Shown here: positions 1 to 9,753 of the stretch, one piece after another
How positions within the stretch are numbered: the stretch's first letter is position 1
Layout: each line of letters begins with the position of its first letter
Translations under genes and position numbers: made by a program
NCBI GenBank assembly: GCA_046484865.1
Contig: JAWOID010000088.1
Span: forward strand, 1 to 36,993
Reading direction: 5' to 3'
Source of the DNA: Candidatus Krumholzibacteriia bacterium
GTDB lineage: Bacteria; Krumholzibacteriota; Krumholzibacteriia; LZORAL124-64-63
DNA length: 36,993 bases
The notes under the pieces: generated by a model
Seen by the model: the letters and a program-made list of their open reading frames with translations, nothing else
What the model was told of the DNA's origin: nothing
Database searches by the model: none

Positions 1-255
1 GAGGCGCAGATCCGGCAGGAACCGGCCGCGAGCGGCGGTGACGGCGGCCGCGTCCAGATCGCGCTGGTTGTCCGCCAGCAGCAGGGAGAGATTCTGGTCG
101 AGGGCGATCTGCACCGCCTCATCGAATGTCAGCACGCGGGGGGCCGCCAGGGCGCCGCTGCCCGGCAGGACCAGAGCGAGCGCCAGCAGGCTCGCCGCCG
201 CGAAGGTGAGTCGGCGCTGCCTGTCCGCCGTGCGGGAGCTCGAGACGGCACGCAT
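1..255 (-). CDS. TolC-family outer membrane efflux protein, N-terminal part (runs off the window edge)
   Basis: Translated by hand from ATG at 255 (SD-like AGAGGA upstream): MRAVSS...signal peptide...LTFDEAVQIALDQNLSL...AARGRFLPDL, the typical TolC N-terminal pattern. Last gene of the ABC/MFP run. Not in the ORF track because it is open-ended. Confidence 0.85.
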   Translation of the reverse strand, partial: MRAVSSSRTADRQRRLTFAAASLLALALVLPGSGALAAPRVLTFDEAVQIALDQNLSLLLADNQRDLDAAAVTAARGRFLPDLRL

Positions 256-273
256 GTCCGTTTCCTCTCTGCG

Positions 274-1487
<1,214 letters not shown>

Positions 1488-1491
<4 letters not shown>

Positions 1492-2246
1492 CGGACGCCC
1501 CCTTCCACGGCGTGGCCGAACCGCGAGAGGTCGGCGGCGGCGTCGCGCCGGTCCGCCACCGGCTCGTCACGGAGGAGGCGCCCGTCGCGCAGTTCCACCA
1601 CCCGCCGGGCATAGCCGGCGATGTCGGTCTCGTGCGTGACCATCACCAGGGTGGCCCCCTCGCGGTTGAGTTCCTGGAACAGGGACATCACCTCGAGCGA
1701 TGTGCGCGTGTCCAGGTTGCCGGTGGGCTCGTCCGCCAGCACGAGAGCCGGCCTCGTGACCAGCGCGCGCGCGATGGCCACCCGCTGCTGCTGGCCGCCG
1801 GACAGCTCGCTGGGCTCGTGCTCCATCCGGTCGGCGAGCCCCACCCGCTGCAGCGCCGCCGCCGCCGCCGACCGCGGGTCTCGAAGCGCGCCGGCGCGGG
1901 CGTAGAGCAGGGGCAGTTCCACGTTCTCCACGGCGCTGGTGCGCGCCAGCAGGTTGAAGGTCTGAAAGACGAAGCCGATCTTCCGGTTGCGGATATCGGC
2001 GCGGCGGTCGCGGTCGAGCTGGTCGACCCGGGTGCCGTCGAGCAGGTAGCTGCCGGCGGTGGGCCGGTCGAGACAGCCGAGGATGTTCATGAGCGTGGAC
2101 TTGCCGGAGCCCGACGCGCCCATGACGGCGACCATCTCGCCGGGCTCCACCCGCAGCGACACGCCCTGCAGTGCCCGCACCTCGTTGCTGCCCATGCGGT
2201 AGACCTTCGCGAGGTCCCGCGCTTCGATGACGGCCGGCGTGGTCAT
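1488..2246 (-). CDS. MacB/LolD-type ABC transporter ATP-binding protein
   Basis: Walker [10 protein letters not shown], signature LSGGQQQR, Walker [14 protein letters not shown]-loop VTHE. Start taken at ATG 2246 (GAGG upstream); GTG 2261 is the alternative. Confidence 0.95.
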
Positions 2247-2257
2247 GACACGGTGCC

Positions 2258-3580
2258 TCACATGCCCGGGGGCGGACCCCGGCGGCGGGTTTCCTGGCGA
2301 CCCTGGAAGGGGTTGGCGGCGGTGGCGGAGGACGAGGCCACGACGGCGGCGATCACCTGCAGCCCCTCCTCGACGTGCGGCCCCTTCAGCTCGGTGTACT
2401 GCCCGTCGGTGAGGCCGGTGCGGGCGAAGACCGCGGCCGGATTGCCGTCGTCGTCGAGGATCCAGAGCATGGTGCGGTCGCCGGCGCCGCCACCGCGGCC
2501 GCCGGGGCCGTCGCGGCCGCTTGGGCCGCCACGTCCAGCCGGGCCGCCGGGGCCGCTTGGGCCGTCGGCGCCGCCGAGACTGCCGGGGCCGCCCGGGCCG
2601 CCCGGGTTGTCGCCAGCGGCGGCGCCGTCGTGCCCGGCCACCTCCCGCGTCCGCCGCAGCTCGGCGAGCATGGCCTCGGTGGGCCGGAAGCGCAGCGCGG
2701 CGTTGGGCACGCGCAGGACGTCCCGCGCCTCGGCGATGACGAACTCGGCGGTGGCGGTCATGCCGGGCAGGAGCCGTCCGCTGGGATTGTCCACGGCGAT
2801 GGAGACCACGTAGTTCACCACGTTCTCCTGGGTCGTGGACTGCAGCCGCACCTGGTCCACCGTACCGTGGAAGGTGGAGTCGGGGTACGCCTGCACGGTG
2901 AAGTCCACCGGCTGTCCCGCATGGATCTTGCCGATGTCGCTCTCGTCCACCGCGGCGAGGATCTCCATCTTCGAAAGGTCCTCTGCGATCAGGAACAGCT
3001 GCGGGGCGCTGAGGCTGGCGGCGACGGTCTGGCCCTCGTCCACCGAACGGTCGAGGACCACGCCGTCCACCGGCGCCCGGATCTCGCTGTACCCGAGGTT
3101 CTGCCGCGCCCGCTCGAGGTTGACTTCCGCCGACACCAGCGCCGCCCGCGCCACGTCGAGCCGGTACTGGGCGGTGTTGTGCTCGCTCTCGGTGGCCGCC
3201 TTGCGGTCGTAGAGCCGGGAGATGCGGTCGAACTCGCGCTGCGCCTGGGCCAGCTCGGCCCGGTTGCGGGCCAGGTCGGCCTCCGCGGCGCGCACGGCCT
3301 GCTCCAGCAGGACCGGATCGATGCGCGCGATGAGTTGCCCCCGGGTGACGCGGTCGTTGAAGTCGGCGTGGATCTCCGAAACCTTGCCCGAGACCTGGGT
3401 GCCCACCTGGACGGTGGTGATCGCCTGCAGGGTGCCGGTGCTGGTGACGACGCTGCGCACGTCGCCGCGGGTGATCTCGACGAAACGGTACTCGGCCGTC
3501 GCACTTCGACCCAGGAACCTCGCCCCCAGCACGGCCAGCACCGCCACCACCAGCACCGCGGGGATCACGACCTTCTTCAT
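2258..3580 (-). CDS. MacA/HlyD-type efflux membrane fusion protein
   Basis: ATG 3580 after GGAG, N-terminal TM anchor, VQVGTQVSG, IRAPVDGVV, GQTVAASL and LLPGMTA motifs, Gly/Pro-rich C-terminal insert. Confidence 0.93.
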   Translation of the reverse strand: MKKVVIPAVLVVAVLAVLGARFLGRSATAEYRFVEITRGDVRSVVTSTGTLQAITTVQVGTQVSGKVSEIHADFNDRVTRGQLIARIDPVLLEQAVRAAEADLARNRAELAQAQREFDRISRLYDRKAATESEHNTAQYRLDVARAALVSAEVNLERARQNLGYSEIRAPVDGVVLDRSVDEGQTVAASLSAPQLFLIAEDLSKMEILAAVDESDIGKIHAGQPVDFTVQAYPDSTFHGTVDQVRLQSTTQENVVNYVVSIAVDNPSGRLLPGMTATAEFVIAEARDVLRVPNAALRFRPTEAMLAELRRTREVAGHDGAAAGDNPGGPGGPGSLGGADGPSGPGGPAGRGGPSGRDGPGGRGGGAGDRTMLWILDDDGNPAAVFARTGLTDGQYTELKGPHVEEGLQVIAAVVASSSATAANPFQGRQETRRRGPPPGM

Positions 3581-3671
3581 CTGCACACTCCCGGTTGTCC
3601 GATCGCCACCGGCTCCCCGCCGGGAACGCCTGTGGCTGCCGGACGCCATCGCCCGCCGCGCATGCCGCCGT

Positions 3672-3771
3672 CCGTCAGCCGCCGCCGGTCAGCCGACGCC
3701 GAGTCAGCCGATGCCGGTCAGCCACCGCCGGTCACCCGCCGCCGGTCGGCCGACGCCGGTCAGCCGACGCC
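3672..3771. repeat. Degenerate tandem repeat of ~14 bp (consensus CCGGTCAGCCGACG), about 7 copies
   Basis: Units read directly: ccgtcagccgccg, ccggtcagccgacg, ccgagtcagccgatg, ccggtcagccaccg, ccggtcacccgccg, ccggtcggccgacg, ccggtcagccgacg. Confidence 0.85.
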
Positions 3772-3778
3772 AGCAAGG

Positions 3779-3882
3779 GCAGGATCCATGCCCGGAGTCA
3801 ATCGTCGACATGTCAAGGGATTACATTCCAGCAGCCCGGGTCCTGGCTGCGGATTCGGCAGGAGTGCTGCGGATTCGACAGG
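3779..3882 (-). promoter_or_regulatory. Putative sigma54 promoter with IHF-like site and paired enhancer sites for the efflux operon
   Basis: Minus strand CGGGCATGGATCCTGC at 3794-3779 (GG-N10-GC). IHF-like TGTCAAgggaTTA at 3811-3823. Direct repeat GCTGCGGATTCG(G/A)CAGG at 3846-3862 and 3866-3882. Confidence 0.6.
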
Positions 3883-3892
3883 GGCGGCCGGG

Positions 3893-4564
3893 TCACTTCA
3901 CCCGTGCGTACTCCATCTCCATCCACTTGACCATCTCGCCGTCGGGCCCCGGCGACCACATCTCGAAGACATGCTCGTCGTCGCTGACGAAGCGGGTGAC
4001 CAGCCTGGCGGTCTGCTCCTGGCCGGTGGCGGCGTCGATGAAGTCGCCGTGGCAGACCAGTTCCTTCCGCTCCGGATGGTACTCGCCCTCGTAGGTCATG
4101 ATGCCGGTGCCCATGCTGTCGCACCAGGTGCCGACGTACTTCTGCTTCAGGTTGTCGTAGCCGAGCGTACCCTTGCCCTTGAACGGCCCGGTCATCGCCT
4201 GGCCCTGGAAGCTCGACTCGAGGTACCGTCCGCCGAGGATCATCTCGGCCTCCTCGGAGCCCTCGGTGATCATGGGCGGCGCCGACGGATCCATCCAGGC
4301 CTTGATAGTCACCTTCCACCGGCCGGCACCGTTCGCCAGCAGCTCGTGCTCGGGCCCGGGCTCGGCGGCAGCCAGGTAGGCCTGCATCATCTCGTCCTGA
4401 TCCATCGCCGGCGCCGTCTCCCCACTCTTCGGATGCTCCCGAGGATGCTCCTGGGGATGCTCCTGAGGATGCTCCTGACCGACTGCGAGCACGGGAAGGG
4501 AGAGCAAGACGGCGACGGCAGCGGCCACCAGCGGCCCGCGACGTCGGATCTGCGCACTGTTCAT
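3893..4564 (-). CDS. DUF1579-family exported protein with N-terminal (Q/R)EHP repeats
   Basis: ATG 4564 after GGAGAGG, signal peptide, PGPEHELL, MILGGRYL, GYDNLKQKYVGTWCDSMGTG and MEMEYAR motifs. Confidence 0.85.
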   Translation of the reverse strand: MNSAQIRRRGPLVAAAVAVLLSLPVLAVGQEHPQEHPQEHPREHPKSGETAPAMDQDEMMQAYLAAAEPGPEHELLANGAGRWKVTIKAWMDPSAPPMITEGSEEAEMILGGRYLESSFQGQAMTGPFKGKGTLGYDNLKQKYVGTWCDSMGTGIMTYEGEYHPERKELVCHGDFIDAATGQEQTARLVTRFVSDDEHVFEMWSPGPDGEMVKWMEMEYARVK

Positions 4565-4755
4565 GGTTCGCCTCTCCTGGATCGGGAATCTCCGCGGCCC
4601 GGGCGCGGATCTGCGGACGGGCCGGGACCTGGACCGGCCGACAGAGTATGCATGATCGTGGGTTTCGCCAACTCCTCGCCACGGTCGATCATGAACCGGG
4701 CCAAGGGTCGTTCGTGTGGGCCGCGGCCACGCCCGCCGGGCCGCCGGCGGTCGGC

Positions 4756-5376
4756 TCACCTGCCGGGGTCGTCGATCACCTCCGGCAGCTGTTCGCCCTC
4801 CGGCACGAAGCGCATCGAGATGGAGTTCACGCAGTGGCGCGTGTCCTTGCTCGTGAAGCCCTCGCCGGTGAAGACGTGGCCCAGATGCGCCCCGCAGCCG
4901 GCGCAGAGGATCTCGGTGCGCCGCCCGTCGGCGTCCACCTCGCGGCGCACGGCGCCGTCGATCTCGTCGTCGAAGCTGGGCCAGCCGCAGCGCGCGTCGA
5001 ACTTGGCGTCCGACCGGTAGAGCGGAGCGTTGCAGCGCTTGCAGATGTAGGTGCCCGGCTCCCAGTTCTCCTCGTACTCGCCGGAGAACGGGCGCTCGGT
5101 GCCCTTGTGCAGGATGACGCGCTGCTCGTCCGGGGTCAGTGGGTTGTAGGGCACGGCCTCCTCCTCGGCGGGGGTGGGCGCCTCGGCCGGCGCGGCGTTC
5201 TGCTCCTCGGCCGGCGCGGCGACCTGCGTGTCGGCCTGCGCGGCCGCCTGCGCGGCCGCGTGCGCCTCGGCGGGGCGCGGGTCGGCAGCGGTCGTGACCG
5301 CCACGGCGGCAGCCGTCACGGCGGCAGCCGCCACCAGCGCCAGCGACGCCAGACCAGACATCGAGCGCTTCATCAC
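4756..5376 (-). CDS. msrB: Peptide methionine-R-sulfoxide reductase MsrB with signal peptide and Ala-rich linker
   Basis: [13 protein letters not shown] and CAGC zinc ligands, CGWPSF, HLGHVF, catalytic RHCVNS. Strong SD GGAGGAGG. Confidence 0.95.
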   Translation of the reverse strand: MMKRSMSGLASLALVAAAAVTAAAVAVTTAADPRPAEAHAAAQAAAQADTQVAAPAEEQNAAPAEAPTPAEEEAVPYNPLTPDEQRVILHKGTERPFSGEYEENWEPGTYICKRCNAPLYRSDAKFDARCGWPSFDDEIDGAVRREVDADGRRTEILCAGCGAHLGHVFTGEGFTSKDTRHCVNSISMRFVPEGEQLPEVIDDPGR

Positions 5377-5528
5377 GTCCTCCTCCGCGTTACAGGATAC
5401 GGCGGATCGATCGGTCAGCGAATCAAGGTCACTCTAGTCCGGTGACATGGCGAGGTTCCCGTCTGCCAGCGAAAATGTGTCCGTGAGCTCGAGGCGCCCC
5501 ACCGCCAACCGGGGAGATCGAACCGTCC

Positions 5529-6974
5529 ATGCACCTGAATTCCCCGCCGGTCGTCGCCGGTGCGCTGCTGACCGTCGCCATGGCGGTTTCGGCGCCGTGC
5601 GGGAGCATCGAGGCAGCGGCGGCGGGCGAGGGCCCCGTTGCGGGTCCATCCCTCGCGAGCGTGGAAGACGGCTGGGGCGAGAGCGTGTGGGGCTGGATCC
5701 CGCCACCGACTCCGGAGTTGACGCACCGCTTCGAGGGCGTGGACCGGGCGCTGTGGGAACACGTCCTGCTGGTCCCCTACGACGTGCTGGCGTTCCTGCC
5801 CCGGGCGGTCGCCACCGCCCTCGGCGGCACGGCCCAGCTGGCCGCCGATTCGCGCGTGCCCTCCTTCGTGTACGACACCGTCACGCTGAAGGGGACCCCC
5901 CTCACCGGCGAGGTGTCCGCGAGCCTCGGCGGCACCGACGGTCTGGGGGTCGGCTACGCCGTGACCGCGCCGATCGACCACCGGGCGGGCAACGGCCTGC
6001 GACTGGCGGGCGCCCTCTCCACCAAGCGTCACGTCCGGGCCAACCTCGGCGTGTGGCTGGGCCGCCCCGCCCGCGCGCTCGAGCTGGGCGTCGGCTACAG
6101 CCTCGAGCCGAACACGCGCTTCTTCGGGCTGGGCCCCGACGCTCCCGAACGGCAACTGTCCTACTACACCGAGGAGACGACCTGGCTGGGAGTGGGGCTG
6201 CGCAGCACGGTGGCGCGGGGATGGGTGGTCGGGGGAATGGCGCTGATGTCGTCGGTGGCCGCGCGCGGGCCACGGGCCGAGCAGTCGCCGCCGCTGGAGG
6301 CGGTGTTCTTGCCCGGCGAGCGCCCCGCCGGGTACGGAGAGCGGTCGGAGGGCGTCTCTTTGGAGCTGGAGATCGTGAACGATGGGGTGGCCGACGACCG
6401 CCGCCCCGACCGGGGCGGGCGGCAGCGCCTGCTGGTCTCCCGTTTCCAGGGCGCCTCCGGCGCCGACGCCGATTTCTGGAGCCTGCGCCTGGACCTGCAG
6501 CGCTTCCTGGCCTTGCCTGCGCCGGCGCGGACGCTCGCCCTGCGCGGGATGGTCGCCTGGCTCGTCGCCGAGGGCGACCGACCCATCCCGTTCCAGCGTC
6601 TGATGACCAGCGCGCACCCCGACCTGTTGCGCGGATATCCCACCGACCGCTGGCGCGACCGCGGACTGCTGGTGGCCAACGCCGAGTACCGGTGGCCGAT
6701 CTGGACCTGGAACCGCACCGATGGCCTCGGCGTGGATGCGGTGGCATTCAGCGACCTGGGCCAGGTGTTCGCGGAGCCCGACGGGATCCGGCTCGACCGG
6801 CTCACCGTCAGCTGGGGCGGGGGCTTGCGGCTGATCACCGCGACCGGCCTGGCAGCGCGCGCGGAGCTGGGCTGGAGCACCGAGGGAGCCGAAGCGCGCC
6901 TGGCCGCTTCACAGCTCTTCGGCTACGAGGAAGGAGGTCTCTTCCGTGGACGCGATCCGGTTCCGGGGCGCTGA
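5529..6974 (+). CDS. Omp85/BamA-TamA-family outer membrane beta-barrel without recognisable POTRA domains
   Basis: Signal peptide, amphipathic strands, LRGYPTDRWRD (loop 6 RGY/F motif), NAEYRWPI, FSDLGQVF, WGGGLR. Confidence 0.8.
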   Translation: MHLNSPPVVAGALLTVAMAVSAPCGSIEAAAAGEGPVAGPSLASVEDGWGESVWGWIPPPTPELTHRFEGVDRALWEHVLLVPYDVLAFLPRAVATALGGTAQLAADSRVPSFVYDTVTLKGTPLTGEVSASLGGTDGLGVGYAVTAPIDHRAGNGLRLAGALSTKRHVRANLGVWLGRPARALELGVGYSLEPNTRFFGLGPDAPERQLSYYTEETTWLGVGLRSTVARGWVVGGMALMSSVAARGPRAEQSPPLEAVFLPGERPAGYGERSEGVSLELEIVNDGVADDRRPDRGGRQRLLVSRFQGASGADADFWSLRLDLQRFLALPAPARTLALRGMVAWLVAEGDRPIPFQRLMTSAHPDLLRGYPTDRWRDRGLLVANAEYRWPIWTWNRTDGLGVDAVAFSDLGQVFAEPDGIRLDRLTVSWGGGLRLITATGLAARAELGWSTEGAEARLAASQLFGYEEGGLFRGRDPVPGR

Positions 6975-8769
6975 TCGCCGGGCCGCCCGTTGCGCGGCTG
7001 CCGTTTTGGCGTTCGCCGGCCTCGCCGACGCGGCCGAGGCCGGCACCGCGCCGCCGCTGCGCGCGTCGGGTCCGGCGTGGTACGCCGATGACCGGCGCGA
7101 CATCGACCCGCCCGAAAGCCGCGACCCCGGCCTGATCCAGGACCTGCTCCGCGACGCGGTGGGGGGCCCGCTCGAGCGCACCTTCAACCCGGTGCGCCGC
7201 ATCCGGAAGGTGGGCGAGCTGTTCGGTCGGGGTACCACGGTCCCCGCCGCGGCCGACGTGAACTCGGTGGGCGAGGTGCCGAACAGCGCCTGGTTCACGA
7301 ACCGGATCGGACTGTTCCCGCTCGCACCGGAGCGGGCCGGCGTCGGCCCCGGCCCGGGCGTGGGCCCGTCTCGCGACGGGGTGTGGTCGGTGGTCGATGC
7401 CAAGACGGAGGGCGACACCCCCGGCTTCGTCATCAGCGACGCTCGCGGCGACAGGTACCTGCTGAAGTTCGACCCGCCCGCCCACGTCGGCATGGCCACC
7501 GCCGCCGAGGCCATCAGCACCCGCATCCTCTGGGCCGCCGGCTACAACGTGCCCGACAATAACGTGGTCCACTTCCGGCGGGAGCGCCTCGTGCTGGCCG
7601 ACGCCGCCAGGGCTACCGGCGAGGACCGGGTTCGCGCCCCCGGGGTGCCGGACGCGGCCTTTCTCGACAGCGTCCTGGCGCGGGTGCCGACGTTGCCGGA
7701 CGGGCGCTACCGCGCGCTGGCCAGTCGTTACCTGGAAGGCGATCCGCTGGGGCCATTCTCCTGGGAAGGGCGGCGCGACGACGATCCCAACGACCGCATC
7801 GACCACGAGCACCGGCGGGTGCTGCGGGGACTGCGCGTGCTGGCGGCCTGGCTGGACCACTTCGACACCAAGCAGCACAACACGCTGGACATGTTCGTCG
7901 AGGTGGACGGTCGCCGTTTCGTGCGCCATCACCTCATCGATCTGGCCAGCACCCTGGGCGTGAGCGCGAGCGAGGGTCCCGCCGAGCGGCTCGGCCGCGA
8001 GTACACGCTGTCGCTCGGTCCGCTGGCGCGGCTGATGAGTTTCGGCCTCTGGCACGACCCCTGGCGCCACATCGAGCGGCCGCCCGGACTCCACGAGGTG
8101 GGCCTGTTCGACAGCGAGCACTTCCACCCGATGGACTTCCAGCCGCAGCAGCCCAATCCCGCCTTCGTCGACATGTCGCTGGAGGACGGCTACTGGGCGG
8201 CCAAGATCGTGGCGGCATTCCAGGACGCACACCTGGAGGCCATCGTCGAGCAGGCGCGCTACCGGAATCCCGCGGCGGCCAGCTACATGGTGCGTATCCT
8301 GGCCGAGCGACGCGACATCATCGCGCGCTTCTTCTTCGCCGCGGTGACGCCGCTGGACTGGTTCCAGGTGGAAGGTGGCCACGACGAGCCTCCGGTGCTG
8401 CGGGGCGTGGACCTGACGGTGCATCACGGCCACGCCGACGCCGCCTCGCTGACCTACCGGTGGCGCCTGGCTGCGTGCGGTCGGGACGGCGAACGCGGCG
8501 ACTGGTCCCGGTGGCAGACCGCTACGGCGCCGCGGGCACCGCTGGCGCCGCTGCCCGACGGTGCCGCCGGCCCCGCCGACCGCCCGGCCGCTGCCGCCCC
8601 CACCGACCTCCGGGCCGGCCCCGCCGACCGCCCGGCCGCTGCCGCCCCCACCGACCGCCCCTGGTTGGCCGTCCAGCTGGCGCGCCGTTCCGGCGGTGGG
8701 AGCTGGAGCGAACCGGTCACGGTGTACGTCGATCCAGGCCACCGCCGCGTGCTGGCGCTGGAGCGCTGA
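6946..8769 (+). CDS. Exported hypothetical protein with atypical kinase-like (PI3K/HipA/CotH-like) motif order
   Basis: Signal-like N-terminus, NSVGEVPNSAWFTNR, KTEGDTPG, YLLKFD, TAAEAI, WLDHFDTKQHN, LIDLAS. Overlaps the Omp85 gene by 29 bp, GGAGG upstream of GTG. Confidence 0.7.
   Translation: MDAIRFRGADRRAARCAAAVLAFAGLADAAEAGTAPPLRASGPAWYADDRRDIDPPESRDPGLIQDLLRDAVGGPLERTFNPVRRIRKVGELFGRGTTVPAAADVNSVGEVPNSAWFTNRIGLFPLAPERAGVGPGPGVGPSRDGVWSVVDAKTEGDTPGFVISDARGDRYLLKFDPPAHVGMATAAEAISTRILWAAGYNVPDNNVVHFRRERLVLADAARATGEDRVRAPGVPDAAFLDSVLARVPTLPDGRYRALASRYLEGDPLGPFSWEGRRDDDPNDRIDHEHRRVLRGLRVLAAWLDHFDTKQHNTLDMFVEVDGRRFVRHHLIDLASTLGVSASEGPAERLGREYTLSLGPLARLMSFGLWHDPWRHIERPPGLHEVGLFDSEHFHPMDFQPQQPNPAFVDMSLEDGYWAAKIVAAFQDAHLEAIVEQARYRNPAAASYMVRILAERRDIIARFFFAAVTPLDWFQVEGGHDEPPVLRGVDLTVHHGHADAASLTYRWRLAACGRDGERGDWSRWQTATAPRAPLAPLPDGAAGPADRPAAAAPTDLRAGPADRPAAAAPTDRPWLAVQLARRSGGGSWSEPVTVYVDPGHRRVLALER
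8566..8656 (+). repeat. Intragenic exact duplication: 43 bp identical, 48 bp period (AGPADRPAAAAPTD x2)
   Basis: gccggccccgccgaccgcccggccgctgccgcccccaccgacc at 8566-8608 and 8614-8656. Confidence 0.9.
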
Positions 8770-8901
8770 CCTGCGGTGTGCCCCGGGCCGTGTTTCTCGA
8801 GAGGCGCAAAGCTGGCGCACCCTTGCGAACCCGCCTTTCGTTCCAGGAGCGCAGGCCCTTGCTCGCGTTGCCCAGGTCGCCGGTCGAAGGAGGGAGAACC
8901 C

Positions 8902-9753
8902 ATGCGAAGGCTCCGTACGCTGCCGCTCGCCGCGCAGTTCGTGTTGATCGTCGGCCTGGCCGGTTGCGCCGGCATGGAAGGTCTCGGCCGCGGCGGCGAC
9001 CGCCCGCTGGACGAGGCGACCGTGGCCACCGGTCTCAGGGAAGCGCTGCGGGTGGGGTCGGAGCGCGCGAGCCGGAAGGTCGGCGTGCGCGGCGGCTACC
9101 TGGAGAGCCCGACCCTGCGCATCCCGTTGCCGCAGGATCTGCAAGAGGTGGCCGGAACGTTGCGCCGGGCGGGTCTCGGCAGCCAGGTGGACGAGCTGGA
9201 GGTGGCCATGAACCGCGCCGCCGAGCAGGCCGCTACCGAGGCGGTGGATGTCTTCGCCGGCGCCATCGCCGCGATGACGCTCGAGGATGCGTTCAGCATC
9301 CTGCGCGGTCACGACACGGCGGCGACCGAGTATTTCCGCGCGCGGACCGCGACCGAGCTGACGACCCGCTACCGGCCCATCGTCGAGGGCAAGCTGCGCA
9401 CGGTGGGCGGCTACCGCAACTACGAGCAGCTGGTCGCGAGCCTGCAGTCGCTCCCCCTGGTCGAACCCCCCGACCTCAACCTGGTGAACTACGTCACGGG
9501 TCAGGCCCTGGACGGCCTGTTCACCGTGCTCGGACAGGAAGAGCGGCGCATCCGTCAGGACCCGCTCGCCCGCACGACCGAGGTGCTTCAACGCGTCTTC
9601 GGCAGGCGGAGTGCGGCGAACCGGCCTTCGGCGAGACCCTCGCCCGGCGAAAGCCAGGAGGTGCTATCGTGGCGCCCTCCGAAGACGGTCGCCGGGCCTC
9701 CCGGACCCGGCGACCGATGGAGCGTTTGTCCAGGTGAGCCCCGGGTTACTTGA
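8902..9753 (+). CDS. DUF4197-family lipoprotein
   Basis: ATG 8902 after GGAGGGAG, lipobox LAGC, GLREAL, MNRAAEQA, AATEYFR, LDGLF...EERRIRQDPLART...VFG. Confidence 0.9.
   Translation: MRRLRTLPLAAQFVLIVGLAGCAGMEGLGRGGDRPLDEATVATGLREALRVGSERASRKVGVRGGYLESPTLRIPLPQDLQEVAGTLRRAGLGSQVDELEVAMNRAAEQAATEAVDVFAGAIAAMTLEDAFSILRGHDTAATEYFRARTATELTTRYRPIVEGKLRTVGGYRNYEQLVASLQSLPLVEPPDLNLVNYVTGQALDGLFTVLGQEERRIRQDPLARTTEVLQRVFGRRSAANRPSARPSPGESQEVLSWRPPKTVAGPPGPGDRWSVCPGEPRVT

Noticed and set aside
2480..2620. Gly every third residue in the MFP as a collagen-like domain
   Set aside because: Short, interrupted, and typical of low-complexity Gly/Pro inserts in this family.
4756..5376. Selenocysteine recoding in MsrB or the HdrA-like Qmo subunits
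   Set aside because: Reading frames have no in-frame TGA and the catalytic positions are Cys.
8813..8826. sigma54-like TGGCGCACCCTTGC upstream of DUF4197
   Set aside because: GG-to-GC spacing is 9 nt rather than the required 10.
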